Shown one piece after another: positions 1 to 12,403 of a DNA stretch of 64,000 bases. The notes under the pieces are model-generated. The model was not told the origin of the DNA, ran no database searches, and saw only the letters and a program-made list of their open reading frames with translations. This stretch comes from Octopus sinensis. Its lineage: Eukaryota. The translations under genes and the position numbers were made by a program. Where the stretch lies: the NCBI RefSeq assembly GCF_006345805.1, contig NC_043000.1, positions 71,548,001-71,612,000 on the forward strand. The letters run 5' to 3'. Position 1 is the stretch's first letter; each line of letters starts with the position of its first letter.

Positions 1-1469
1 TGATATATATAATACTCATACATGCATGTATGTACCCACTCATACACATACACATGTTAAAATACACATACATCTTGTAACTGGCTGTATGTGATATGCC
101 ATATCAATTCGATACTAAATGTAGCGTATAGATGTAACACTTCAAGGTTCATAGTAACCAGCGAACATCGAAGAATTAACACCAAGAAGGAAGAAATATT
201 AATTACATATATTCATTCGTTTACCCAACAGGTTGTTAAAGAGACAGTAACAGTTCTAGTGATAGTGACGACAAAGATGACTTGCTGGTTAGTAGCCGAT
301 ATGGTTGTCTGTCAGTAGAGAGTGAAAGAGTAAGGTAGTCATGCTGCTGACTAGAAAGGAAGAAAGGCAGCAGCATCTTTCTTACGGCTGAAAGCCTCTC
401 TTAGCATGCTGAGCAAAGGGTGAAGGGAAGTGCTGCTCTTGGTTAAGGCTGATGCAAAACATAATTTCTGTAATTCATTGTGGTAGTACACATTTTTCTT
501 TGAGAATGTTTTCTGACACACAGTTTCTGTTTTATTGTTACTTATATTTCACTGCTTCATCCTTTAATGGGAGAAAAATACTGAAGAAATATATATATAT
601 AAGGACTTGCTTATACCCAAGAAATGGACAATGCACAGGTAAAAATTATTTCTATAATGCCATTCTCTATTAGTAAATTTTGTTTCTCATAACAATTTAA
701 AGAAATGTTAGACAATTTATTTTAATAACATAAACTGTCTGCATAAAGAATCAAATATAAAAATAATTAAAAACTGGAAAGTTTTGTAATTAGGGGCAGG
801 GTAAGGTTGAATATTTAAAATAATTTGCAGCGTGTAAGATATTTGTAAGCAACTCCTGAACAACAAAAACTGTTACTTTGACTGCAACATATAAATTTCA
901 TTTGTGTCTAAATATTTTTGTTCTCTGAAACCACAGCAAAACCCTGACAAAAATTCATGTTACACCTGTTTTGTCAGTGAACAAGTCTCGGTTTCAAAGC
1001 GACAAAAATATTGAGATTGAAATGAGATTTAAATGTTGCAGTGAAACCAAATTTTTTTTGTGTGCGTGTGTGTGTGTGCATATGTTCATGAATAGCTTAC
1101 AAACATCCACACTGCAATTGTTTTTGTTAATACCATTATATAGAAGACAGAATCGAAAACATTTTGTGTGCTAATTTTTGTTTTCATTGTTTATAGCATA
1201 GATAATTTTTTCCGTCTGAAATGCCATGTTCGGCCTCCAGGACGCATTGCTCAGCCCGAGGCAATAGTTGAAACCACTTACTCGCGAACGGTGGGGTAGT
1301 AGAGGACCAGGAGAATTCACATGATTCGATTTTTTTCCCTAAAGAAAATGGATATTCTTCCCAACCACATGGTTCCAGGTACAGTCCCATTGCATGGCAC
1401 CTTGGGCAAACACTAGAGTTAAAAGGTCTTGTTGTAGACCTATTGCACAATTTTTTTTTTTGGTTTGGG

Positions 1470-2230
1470 TCTAACATTGGAGTTTAAAAGTCAAGGTCTG
1501 AGAATGTTAATTTTCCAAGTCCTCTTCCTCACTACCACCCCGTTCGTGAGCGCGCATTTTTTTTCATATTCGTTTACTACATGTTGTTGTATACTTATTA
1601 CACCATTTTTTTTTGGCTGTGGTGAGACAACTTGGAACATTCACAATGTGAACTTTCCGAGTCCTCTCCCCCACCCATTCGCAAGCACGCATTTTTTTTC
1701 ATATTTGTTTACAGTAAGTTGTTTTACACCTATTACACTAATTTTTAATTAATTTTTTGCTTGGGTCAAACACTAGAGTTTAAAGGTCATTGTCTGACGA
1801 TGTGAACTTTCCGAGTCCTCTCCCCACCCCATTTGCGAATGCACATTCTTTTTTCATATTTGTTTACTACATGTTATTGTACACCTATTACATTAATTTT
1901 TAATTATTTTTTTGCTTGGGTCAAACACTAGAGTTTAAAGGTCATGGTCTGACAATGTGAATTTTCTGAGTCCTCTACCCCACCCCCTGTTGGCGAGTGC
2001 ACATTTTTTTTCATATTCGTTCACAGCAAGTTGTTTTACACCTATTACACTATTTTTCTTTGTCTTTTGGCTGTGGTGAGACAACTCGGAACATTCACAA
2101 TGTGAACTTTCTGAGTCCTCTCCCCCACCCCGCCATTCGCAAGCGCACATTTATTCATATTCGTATACTACATATTGTTGTACACCTATTACACTAATTT
2201 TTAATTTCTTTTTTGCTTGGGCCAAACACT
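1470..2230. repeat. Tandem repeat, ~5 units of ~143-155 bp with two alternating subunit variants
   Basis: The marker tgtgaactttccgagtcctctcccc (or a close variant) recurs at ~1505, 1648, 1801, 1956 and 2101. Confidence 0.9.
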
Positions 2231-3769
2231 TTGGTTTGACCGAATAATGTCCCTAATGCAGAAACACTCATACACTCACAGACACATAAACACACATATA
2301 CAAAATGTGACGTTGTCGTCAAATGTGGAAACACACACATCGACAGACATGTACACATGCATACACTCACACACATACACACTCATATACAAAATGTGAT
2401 GCTGTTGTCGTCATGGTATAAAATGTCCTGTACTAACTATATTTGAGTATAGAAAGATTATCTCTATAAAATGTTATATTGTTTTTAATCAAAATATTAA
2501 AAAAAAATAGCAATATGACCCATCATTGCCGATTCATAGAGCTAGTGCATGTATATATGTGTATATATATATGTGTACATATTACATGTACATCTATATA
2601 TATACATCTGCACATAAAATACAAAATATCCGGGATGTCCTACGTCCCAGATATAAAGGTAAAAATAAAATATTTCCACTTTGCAAGGTTTGAGTTGAGT
2701 ACTCCCTTGCACGCTCCGTTGACTCGAACCTTGCTTCTATTGTGGTGAATTTACCGCCTTTGGTTAGATATCTTTCATAGTCGCACCAAGACACTTTTCA
2801 ATGGTGCTTTCCTCCAGATGTTCAAATCTTTTTTTTCTTTACATTGTAAACTTTATAGACAATAGTCTTTTCTTTAATTTAATTTTTTATTTCGTTTGGT
2901 AGTGTTATCCTAGATTCACCGTCTTTGTCGGTGACCAATCCAAAATAGGTTTGTATTTCTTCCCTTTTAATTTTAATGAGTTCGCGCCCGCCGACGGCTG
3001 CAGCGAAATTCATTTTTGGACTTTCTTCTATCGAAGGCATTCTAACAAAAATGCTTCCGTATAAACGGTGAAAATATTGTCAATTTCCCCAAACAGGGAC
3101 ACAATTCAATTTTCAAACAATAGCCAAAGCTCCTTCTCCCAAAGGGGGAGGGTTACGGTTTACAATTATTTAACAAATGCAACACAACAACGCTTCCCTT
3201 ACGAGGAACCAACAAACGTGATAACAATAGTTAAACAGTAATAATAACAACAAACCATACGGTGAATCAAAAAGCAGTACGCAGTTGAAGCTATAGTCCT
3301 TTATGTATAAGAAATAAACCAACAGCAGTACTCAGTAGAAGTGGCTGTTTGAGAAAACAGACATTACATACAACCAAACTTCATATAGATACTTAATGCT
3401 AGCTAATTAGCAGATAATCTAATGTAAATGCTGTGGTAAACGGTATGTGCACAGCTCCATCTGGACTATTCCATTCCTGCATGCTAATTTTATTTTTCAT
3501 TTATTCCCATTCATGCGAAACCACTTATTCAAGTTCAAGTCATTGATGCAATTTTATACCAATTGCTATTTTTACTATTGTTATGTTACGATTACATTAT
3601 ACTTTAGTTTGATTTTAATTATTACTTACTACATATAATTCAATTGTTATTATTATCTCAAATTGTTATTGTTAAAGTGAAAGTATCTGACATAAAATAG
3701 AGAAATGTTTTTGTTTCACTTTTAACACGTAATACTGAAATAGTGGAGAAGATACGATATCGCTCTGGG

Positions 3770-3927
3770 CTCGCCCTAGGCAAGAAGTTGAACATTTTTT
3801 TGCCCATGAAACTACATGGACCCTAAGTAAGGCATGTGTAAAATTTGAATGAAATTGGTTGTGTAGTTCTCAAGTTTTAGGGAAACACACAGACAGACAG
3901 ACATTCTCAGTTTTATATATGTAGAGA
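3770..3927 (-). mobile_element. Non-autonomous Helitron-like element, 5' portion
   Basis: Minus strand begins TC(TC)TACATATATAAAACTGAGAATGTCTGTCTG; a diverged copy lies at ~6405-6560; no 3' CTAG end found. Confidence 0.6.
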
Positions 3928-4035
3928 TTATGGTGACACTGGTGGGGTGTGATACTATTACCTTGTAAAATTTTATTTGATGGAGCCGTTCGATATATGT
4001 ATATATGTGTATGTGTATATATATATATATATATA

Positions 4036-4848
4036 TTAATAAATGAAATAAAACATATGCATATATATAAACATATATGTACGTACCTACCTCTACATGT
4101 ACATACACACGTTTATATGAGTACAGGACACCAAAGGGACGTCGAACACAAAGAGAAATGAAAATATAGACACAAACCAAAGGAACTGGACATTTTTTTA
4201 AAAACAACAAAAAATGGAGTACAGGACAATTAACACAAAGAAAAAAAACCCTTCTTCAGTCACTATGGTTTCATCTACTCTACGTTTCGAAGGATAAAAA
4301 CAAGATGTATCTTCGACAAGAAAATTTCCTTCCTGCGAAAAGCAAATCAATTAAAATTCTGAGATCTTTTCGCAGAGGGGTAAAAAAATGGTAAAAAAAC
4401 AGGACAGTAACGACAGTACAAAAATATAAACAGTAAAAGACAGGGAAAAACAAGATAAGAAGGGCTGTTGACGCTGAACGAAAAAAGTATTGCAAACGCA
4501 GAATTTTTTGTGAACGACAGGGGAGCAGGAAGAAGGTCGTCCAGTTACCTTGAAAGGCCAGGCCAGAAAGACAGTCAGAGCGGAAGTATCGTCGCGGGTG
4601 GACGATGGGAAGGGGGGAGGAGGAGCAAGAGGAAGGGAGAGAAGAAGGGGAATGGCTGCGAGGAAACCATGAAGAATGGTAAGGGGGAGAGAGAGGAAGA
4701 GACAAGTTAAGTAGAGGAAAAAGAAAATCAAAGAATAGGGATGGGACAGAAAGGTGAAGAGTGCGCATCAGAGTTAATATCAAGACCAAAACTTGATATA
4801 CAGAACAATCTTACTTAAGGGGGTGCGTGCGTGTTGTCATATAATATA
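4036..4848. repeat. Dispersed repeat, possibly PLE-derived, whose first ~157 bp is repeated at 5937-6093
   Basis: Near-identical block ttaataaatgaaataaaacatatgc...ggaactggacatt at 4036 and 5937; degenerate hammerhead-like motif on the minus strand near 4275-4325. Confidence 0.5.
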
Positions 4849-4852
4849 TTAA

Positions 4853-5936
4853 CCCTTTTGTTACTATATTTCTGACCAAAATACACCCCTTATGTGTTTC
4901 AATTAATTTCTAACGTAATCATAAATTTAGTCTGGTTTCATTAAACAACTATAACTTTTTTATTTATCAATATATTAATCTGATTTTTGGAAGATAATTT
5001 AATGAAATATTCTCAACCAATTCTATACTATAATTTTTGTCACAAAGTGACTCTAATTGCAGGTAGATACAAGTAAATTCAACAAAATATAAAATTAAAA
5101 TTTTGTTCAAACATCGCTATAGAAAATGGGTTATTAGCTAATATTCAATTGGGTATACAACAAAATTTTATGATAGAATTTGTTATTCTGGGTAACTTTC
5201 TGATACCCATAATAATATTTACGGCAAAATAGTCTTAATTTCATTTAAGGTTATGGGAAACCACAAACTATCGTTTCTTTCGCTTTGTTTATGTTTAGTG
5301 TAACGGTTCGTTTCCGCCGTAATGATTTCAAATAGGCTCATTCGAAAAAGTAAAAAGAAATAGTTTAAGGCTTTACTCTTCTGGGAAAGTCTGTGGCTTG
5401 GTCCAGTTTCTTCAGAAAAATCACCGAAAGAAACAGTTTTTAAATTTTCACTCCATTCAGGTGCCAATTCGTTTTCTTTATCGCTGTCGGAGCTCTCGAA
5501 TTCACTGTTTTCACTTTCGGAAAATGAAACATCAGATTCATTATCAAATACCATGTGCTTTTTTTTTTTCAGTCATAGAGTTAGATTTATGAAGGTCTTC
5601 AGTAGAAAATCCTTCGAATTCTGACTCGCTGCTTGATATAATGAAATTCGTATCCATTTTTTGTCAGAATTACAAATTTTGAAAACACAATAGGAACAAA
5701 TTTCGGAAAAAAATCTCTCAAAATTCACGTAATTAAAATTACACTTCGATTATTGTACAAAACTGTAGTTGAACTGTTTATGAAGTATAATACATGTTTT
5801 CACGAATGTACTAAAGAGATTTGCTCTGATATTCTCATTTAAATATGAATAGGTAAATTCGGGCGGCTTTGGGCGGTTTGGTCACATTAACCAAAATTTT
5901 TTTCGGGCGGCTTTGGGCGGTTTGGTAATGAAAGGG
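4853..5936 (-). mobile_element. Internally deleted piggyBac-family DNA transposon
   Basis: TTAA at 4849-4852 and 5937-5940; CCCTTT...AAAGGG termini with imperfect TIRs; carries the transposase N-terminus. Confidence 0.85.
5219..5659 (-). pseudogene. piggyBac transposase N-terminal remnant (frameshifted, truncated)
   Basis: An acidic N-terminus is followed by YFFLLF...LFEIITAETNRY...WFPITLNEIK, matching the conserved piggyBac N-terminal block; a frameshift falls in a poly-A run near 5570. Confidence 0.8.
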
Positions 5937-6404
5937 TTAATAAATGAAATAAAACATATGCATATATATAAACATATATGTACGTACCTACCTCTACATG
6001 TACATATACACGCATATATGAGTACAGGACACCAAAGGGACGTCGAACACAAAGAGAAACGAAAACATAGACACAAACCAAAGGAACTGGACATTATATA
6101 TATATATATATATATTAACCAAATAGAAGCACATGTACAAACTGCTGATTTAACGGTAAATGCCACAATTATTATTATAGATAAATTTCTTAATATATAT
6201 ATATATATATAAGCACATGTATTAAATGTTAATTTAAGGGTTAATATGTAACTGTAAATGCGTTGCAACCTTGCAACAGCTGCGATAATTATCAAATTAT
6301 AATTGAACAGTAAATGTTTATTTTTTCTATACCTTGGACTTAGAATTAAAAGTGAAAGAATATTCCCTTTTGACATGTAATATCAAACCAATCTAAAATA
6401 TTGC

Positions 6405-6560
6405 TCTTGGCCCACATTAGGCAAGAAGTTGAACATTTTTTTGGCCCATGACATTCCATGGACCTTAAGTAATGAATGTGTAAAATTTGAATGAAATTGG
6501 TTGGATAGTTCTTGAGTCTTAGGGATTCACACATACAGACACATTCTCAGTTTTATACAT
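6405..6560 (-). mobile_element. Helitron-like 5' portion (second copy of the 3770-3927 family)
   Basis: ggcaagaagttgaacatttt...aatttgaatgaaattggtt...gacattctcagttttata is shared with 3780-3920. Confidence 0.6.
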
Positions 6561-6571
6561 ATATATATATA

Positions 6572-7207
6572 TCTATATATATATAAAACTCAACTTGTGT
6601 GTCTGTGTGTGTATCTGTGTGTTTAACTTCCCGGCACATCTCCTAGCCAACAAATCGTAGAAGGACCAAAAATGGGTCACTTAAAGTTTAGGCGAATGAA
6701 AATTGAACTGCGCTATTTCTGTTCCGAAATTCATCTCACAAGTGCAAAAATCGATAATGTGTTTGTTTAGGCCTTATCCCATGCATTGAATAGTGAACTT
6801 TACTCAGTCAGCTGTTTGACGAGAACTGTGTTCACCACGTGTGCAAGCATGCGTAAATTGCATGAAAAATAAAAAATCAAGATATAAAAACGAATCGCCG
6901 TAAACATTGTAGAAATGTGGCAAAGTAATGAATTTTCGGGATGTAGCGTGGAGGGTTTTTTCGTATTAATCATTTGGACTTTGTGAACACATACCAATTG
7001 TTTTCATAATATTTTTAACAGTTTGAATTAAATGTGACCATTTTGCATTGAGTCTGCAGTTTGAATCACTTTAACCAAATTTTAGCAGGCCGGATTTTTG
7101 ATCATCACGATACATTGCCAGAAACTCTCCCCTGAAATCTCCATCGAGAAATCTATATATATAAAACTCAACTTGTGTGTCTGTGTGTGTATCTGTGTGT
7201 TTAACTT
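6572..7207 (+). mobile_element. Helitron-like 5' ends (two identical ~56-bp starts at 6572 and 7152)
   Basis: A|TCTATATATATA..AAAACTCAACTTGTGTGTCTGTGTGTGTATCTGTGTGTTTAAC occurs twice; no 3' end seen. Confidence 0.55.
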
Positions 7208-7257
7208 TTGGATCTACCAACTTTCATTATTAAGGATGGAAAGTAGTGTGTAGCAAA

Positions 7258-7645
7258 TCTATATATATAAAGCTGAAGTTGTCTGTGTGTGGCAGGTTTG
7301 GTAGTCTTCAACTAACACTATCTCCTTCGAGACCCTGCAGCGCAAGTTGACCAAAATTGAGAGTATGATAGAAGAAGGCTTGCTCTTCATTCTGTAGAAG
7401 ATAAAATTCAAATCAGACCATGTTAACACCAAAAATTATTTACATCAAAAAGGTGCTTTTTTTCTATGAAAATCCCTATTTTTTACGATGTTTGACTGCT
7501 GTGTCACCATTTTTCGGTATATTTCAACTGGAAAAATGTTCACTTGAAGAGAATAACAAGTTGCATAATGTAGAATTTTTACTTTTCAAAAATTCTAATT
7601 CTAAAGGGTTGAAACAAACCCAAGCAACACCGGGTGATACTGCTA

Positions 7646-7646
<1 letters not shown>
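7258..7646 (+). mobile_element. Complete non-autonomous Helitron (~390 bp)
   Basis: 5' A|TC start; 3' degenerate GC hairpin (cccaagcaacaccggg) followed by CTAG|T; no TSD. Confidence 0.8.
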
Positions 7647-7725
<79 letters not shown>

Positions 7726-7869
7726 ACACACACAAGCATGTATATAACTATATATATCAGTTGAATAAAGTTAAAACACAATCTGGATTCCATGGTTTTT
7801 ATTATGGTATTTTAACATTAAAAAATATTTTGTAATCCCCATAAAGTTAAATTAGCACTTTCATACATA

Positions 7870-8790
7870 GTGTGATCAGCAGATTTTAAAAGTGTTTATC
7901 TAATATTAAAGTTCTTGACAACTTTAGTACTTCTTAGAATGCTCCAACAAGCTGAATTTTTAGAATACCTTTTTGACCAATCATTTTTAATATCATCAAA
8001 ACAAATGTGCCAATCATAAAACATATTGAAAAATTAAAATATATAACTAATCAAACACTTATCTTAAGCAAAGGCAACTACATAACCTAAAGAAACTATT
8101 AACAAAGGCAAAATTCAACATGAACAAATAGGATAAAACATTCACAGTATCCAAGTGTAATGATAACAGATGTGGAATGTGTTAATACATGCATACAGGT
8201 AGATGCATTAGAACAAAAAATGGACAGATTTTCGCAAATGCAGATATGAACTGCAAAAGCAGAAATTTGATCTACTACATTAAATGCCCGAATTGCGAGG
8301 AATTATATATAGGCGAGACAGGGAATGCATTATCAGAACGCTCACAAGTCTGCAGACAACAAATCCGGAACACCAATGTTCACCAAATTCCATTGAGCGA
8401 ACATATAGAGACCTGTGGTCAGAAAATGCTTCTAAGTTTTCCTTTCCACAAACTACGACACAAATGAGGCTGGAGAAAGATAAAAGAAAAACAGTTTATT
8501 AAAATGTTCAAACCTGTTCTGCACAGAAATAACAGCAAAAATATAACAACCAGTTAATGATGTGGATTAAAAAATATCTCTAGCATATAAATATAAACAA
8601 GTTACAGAATATTGGTACACCTGGCAAACTGTGATGTTTAAGATCCATGCAGATTGGTCAAAAAGGTATTCTAAAAATCAGCTTGCTGGAGTGTTCTAAG
8701 AGGTACTAAAATTGTCAAGAACTCAACTGTCAGTTAAACACACTTGAAATCTGATGATAATACTATGTATGAAAGCGCTAATTTAACTTT
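7870..8790 (+). mobile_element. Degenerate Penelope-like retroelement 3' part with GIY-YIG endonuclease remnant
   Basis: C..RC..C motif (~8155), then NLIYYIKCPNCEELYIGETGNALSER...LSEHIETC (ORF 8189-8467), then EKQFIKMFKP; a hammerhead-like motif follows at 8747. Confidence 0.85.
8747..8784 (+). ncRNA. Candidate minimal type-I hammerhead ribozyme
   Basis: aaat-CTGATGA-ta-ATAC tat GTAT-GAAA-gcgc-TA-attt: intact core, 4-bp stem I, palindromic loop III (agcgct); two extra nt before stem II. Confidence 0.55.
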
Positions 8791-9619
8791 ATGAGCATTA
8801 CAAAATATTTTTTTAATGTTAAAATACCATAATAAAAAACATGAAAATCAGACCATGTTTTAACTTAATCAACTGATATATTATTCTATACACATTCACA
8901 CAAATTCGAAACAAAATAACTATATATATACACACACTCATATATATACATGTATATACATACATACATATCCATTATTTATTATAATAATATATATATA
9001 TGTATACTAGCTTTTACTTATATTTTCATTTTAATTTTAATTATTTCATCTTATTTTATTTTATTATATTTTAATTTTAAGTAATTACAATTATTAACTT
9101 ATAATTAATTTAATTTTTGTTATTTACTTATATACTATTTATTGGTAAGCCCTCCACTGATATTATTTAATGCCAAATCCTGTTAATTATTATATATGTA
9201 TTTATGTGTCCACTGATGCTTAAAAATATATATATATATATATAAGTACTACGAATGTTTACACGCACATCATATGTGAAAATATATGGTGTGTATGTGT
9301 ATGTCTGTTGTTACACATGAGTATACATATGGACATGTAGATGTGAGTGTAATTCTATTAGTTCGTTGGTAAGGGTTTAAATAGAAAAATATTAGTATTG
9401 TAATAACATTGGATTTATTACGTAGGGATGCTATCTGTTTATGCTATAAGGAGTTATTTTGATTATATATCTTAGAATATTAGCGTATTTTAACTTCTTA
9501 CAATTAATCTCTTATAATTTAATTATTATAAACCGATGTTAACTTAGTATATATATATTTTTATGTCTTTTGATAGTCAAACAGAAATGGGTATTCTATA
9601 CTTTACAATTTAGCGAATG

Positions 9620-9760
9620 TTTGAATATAGCATAGCGGTTAAGTTAGCGGACTTTTTAGTTATAAAATACTATGTTTACGAAAAATACGGTGTCATATGT
9701 ATTATGTACCTTATGAAAAATTACATTCTCTATCTGGATATAATTATATGTATGTTTGCA
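9620..9760 (+). mobile_element. Possible second, heavily decayed PLE endonuclease C-terminal remnant
   Basis: Fragmentary C..C..YEKLH.L-like motif across frameshifts; weak. Confidence 0.25.
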
Positions 9761-10476
9761 TTTACTGTTTTATGGAAATATGTGAGTGGATCTACTTAGT
9801 TAATACCACGGCCTTGGTGTCGTTTTGGGGGGGCTTGATGTCTGCATGCATGTATGTGCAATCGGTTGGGTTCCTCTGTTTTGCATGTGTATAGTTGCGA
9901 TTCTACCTCTTATATTATTTATTTATTTATGATTTGGCTGTGTATGTGGCTATGTATGTGTGTATGTGTGTGTGTGTATACATATAACTATGTATGTATG
10001 TGCGTGTGCGTATGTATGTTTCTTGGCTAACTAACCGTAAAATTTCCATTGTGATTCAAATTTAAAACTGTAAGCCAATCGAATCTATCTATGAAAATCA
10101 ATATCAAGCGGACAGACGAATTCGACTTATTGAGTATATATGTGGATGTCCGCTTGCTTTACATGGTACAATCATGGTTGTTGTTATTATTATTATTATT
10201 ATTAATATTAATTTTATTGACTTTTTGTGTGGTTATACATTTTAGTGAACTGGACTGTTAAATATATATGCCTGCTTTAAATTTAAATGTGAGTGTACAT
10301 TTATTTCCTTGATGTTGGTTTTAGAACTATGAGTTCAATATGGAACGTTATTGTGTTTGTTAATGTATATTGATATATATTTTTTATATTGTATTAATGT
10401 GTATATATATATGTGTAGAATTATGAGTGTCTATGCACACATTTTTATATTTTTATATTTATTTCTTTTTTTTTTC

Positions 10477-10864
10477 TTTTACTTGTTTCAGTCATTTGAC
10501 TGCGGCCATGCTGGAGCACCGCCTTTAGTCGAGCAAATCGACCTTGGGACTTATTCTTTGTAAGCCCAGTACTTATTCTATCGGTCTCTTTTGCTGAACC
10601 GCTAAGTGACGGGGACGTAAACACACCAGCATCGGTTGTCAAGCAATGCTAGGGGGACAAACACAGAAACACAAACACACACATATATATATATATATAC
10701 ATATATACGACAGGCTTCTTTCAGTTTCCGTCTACCAAATCCACTCACAAGGCATTGGTTGGCCCGGGGCTATAGCAGAAGACACTTGCCCAAGATGCCA
10801 CGCAGTGGGACTGAACCCGCAACCATGTGGTTGGTTAGCAAGCTACTTACCACACAGTCACTCC
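10477..10864 (-). mobile_element. Full-length tRNA-headed SINE (octopus type, family 1)
   Basis: Minus-strand A-box (t/gGCTGTGTGG-like) and B-box (GGTTCAGTCCC); internal (TA/CA) tract; highly similar to 53383-53790. Confidence 0.9.
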
Positions 10865-11245
10865 TTACATACTTACATTAAATTCTCTGAAGACATTCTT
10901 GTTAATGTCTCATTTATACCTGCTTTATATGGCTAATAGGTTAAATGGGACATACCTGTCTTCACGGCCGAAACAGCTGTCAGCTACGATGTAATTGTAT
11001 TTTCTATTTCTATTTCTATGTCTAGTTATATTTGTAATATATTATGTATAATGTCATTGCTGTTGTGTAATGGTTTAATAAAGTATTGATTGGGTATTAT
11101 CTGATGGTTGATGATTGATTAAGGTATGTTTCTCCATTTTCTCATTTTGTATACATATATATATATACATATAAATATATATATACATATATATATGTAT
11201 ATATATATATATGTATATATATGTATATATATATTTATATATATA

Positions 11246-11631
11246 CTAGCAGTATCGCCCGGCGTTGCTCGGGTTGTAAGGGAAATAACTATATGAGCAT
11301 TTTTAGAGAGTTATAGCCAAAAAAATGCATTAAAAATTGAAAAAAAATTAAGGTAAATTTTTTTTTTAAATCGTTGACACATCGTAGATATTTTTAGAGA
11401 GTTACTTCCCTTATATAAAAGCAAAAAAAATGCATTAAAATGGAAAAATATGATGGTAAATTTTTTTTAAATCGTAGACTCATCGTAGACGCGCGCTAAT
11501 ACCCAGAAGGGCTCGATATGAATCAGGACTATAAGATACCCGCTTTTGGTTAAACTGCACCGCAAAATGTGGGAGTAGTTACGAATCTAAATCGAAGGGG
11601 ACAGACACACAACTTCACTCTTATATAAAGA
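11246..11631 (-). mobile_element. Complete non-autonomous Helitron
   Basis: Minus strand: A|TCTTTATATAAGAGTGAAGTTG ... CCCGAGCAACGCCGGG hairpin, CGATACTG-CTAG|T; ends shared with 7258-7646; internal ~95-bp duplication. Confidence 0.85.
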
Positions 11632-11957
11632 TGCTTTTTTTTTTCAGTCATAAAGTTAGATTTATGAAGGTCTTTAGTAGAAAATCCTTCGAATTCTGAC
11701 TCGCTGCTTGATATAATGAAATTCGTATCCATTTTTTGTCAGAATTACAAATTTTGAAAACACAATAGGAACAAATTTCGGAAAAAAATCTCCCATAATT
11801 CATGGAATTAAAATTACACTTCGATTTTTGTACAAAACTGTATTTGAAGTGTTTACGAAGTATAATACGTGTTTTCACGAATGTACTAAAGAGATTTACT
11901 CTGATATTCTCATTTAAATATGAATAGGTAAATTCGGGCGGTTTGGTAACGAAAGGG
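11632..11957 (-). mobile_element. Second piggyBac fragment (same family as 4853-5936), transposase-5' end only
   Basis: Near-identical to 5565-5936, including the MDTNFIISSSESEFEGFS start and the AAAGGG terminus. Confidence 0.85.
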
Positions 11958-12034
11958 TTTATATAAGTGTCGTCTGTTTATACATAAACACTGTTTCATA
12001 CTTTCAGTTTAGTCTTCCTCAAATCACTCTGTCG

Positions 12035-12234
12035 CTAATTTACTCTCTTCCAAGAACATTTTCACTCACTCTTATCTGTTAGCTTCCCATACATTTTACT
12101 CATGTATCTATCAGCGTGATAGACAGAAACAAATCTAATTTACTCTCTTCCAAGAACATTTTCACTCACTCTTATCTGTTAGCTTCCCATACATTTTACT
12201 CATGTATCTATCAGCGTGATAGACAGAAACAAAT
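12035..12234. repeat. Exact tandem duplication of 100 bp
   Basis: ctaatttactctcttccaag...gacagaaacaaat at 12035-12134 and 12135-12234. Confidence 0.95.
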
Positions 12235-12403
12235 AATACATCTAGTTTCACTTTATTGGTTAAACACTGTGTGTGTGGGTTTGCGTGTGCTGTAAACCAG
12301 ACTAAGAAAAGCATTTGACATACACACCAGAATGTGAGTTTTCTGTAAATTTGTAAAGCTTAAGTTCGTATCCTTCAGTCGCCATATTAGCTTACTGAGT
12401 CCC

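Noticed and set aside
4280-4789. 169-aa minus-strand ORF rich in S/P/L/F
   Set aside because: Low-complexity translation of a purine-rich repeat.
10477-10864. tRNA gene call from A/B boxes
   Set aside because: The boxes belong to a SINE head; no complete cloverleaf, and the body continues as a repeated SINE.
10930-10990. Half hammerhead (ggcc-GAAA-cagctg-TC-agct)
   Set aside because: The GAAA and palindromic loop are present, but no recognisable CUGANGA core upstream; at best a dead remnant.
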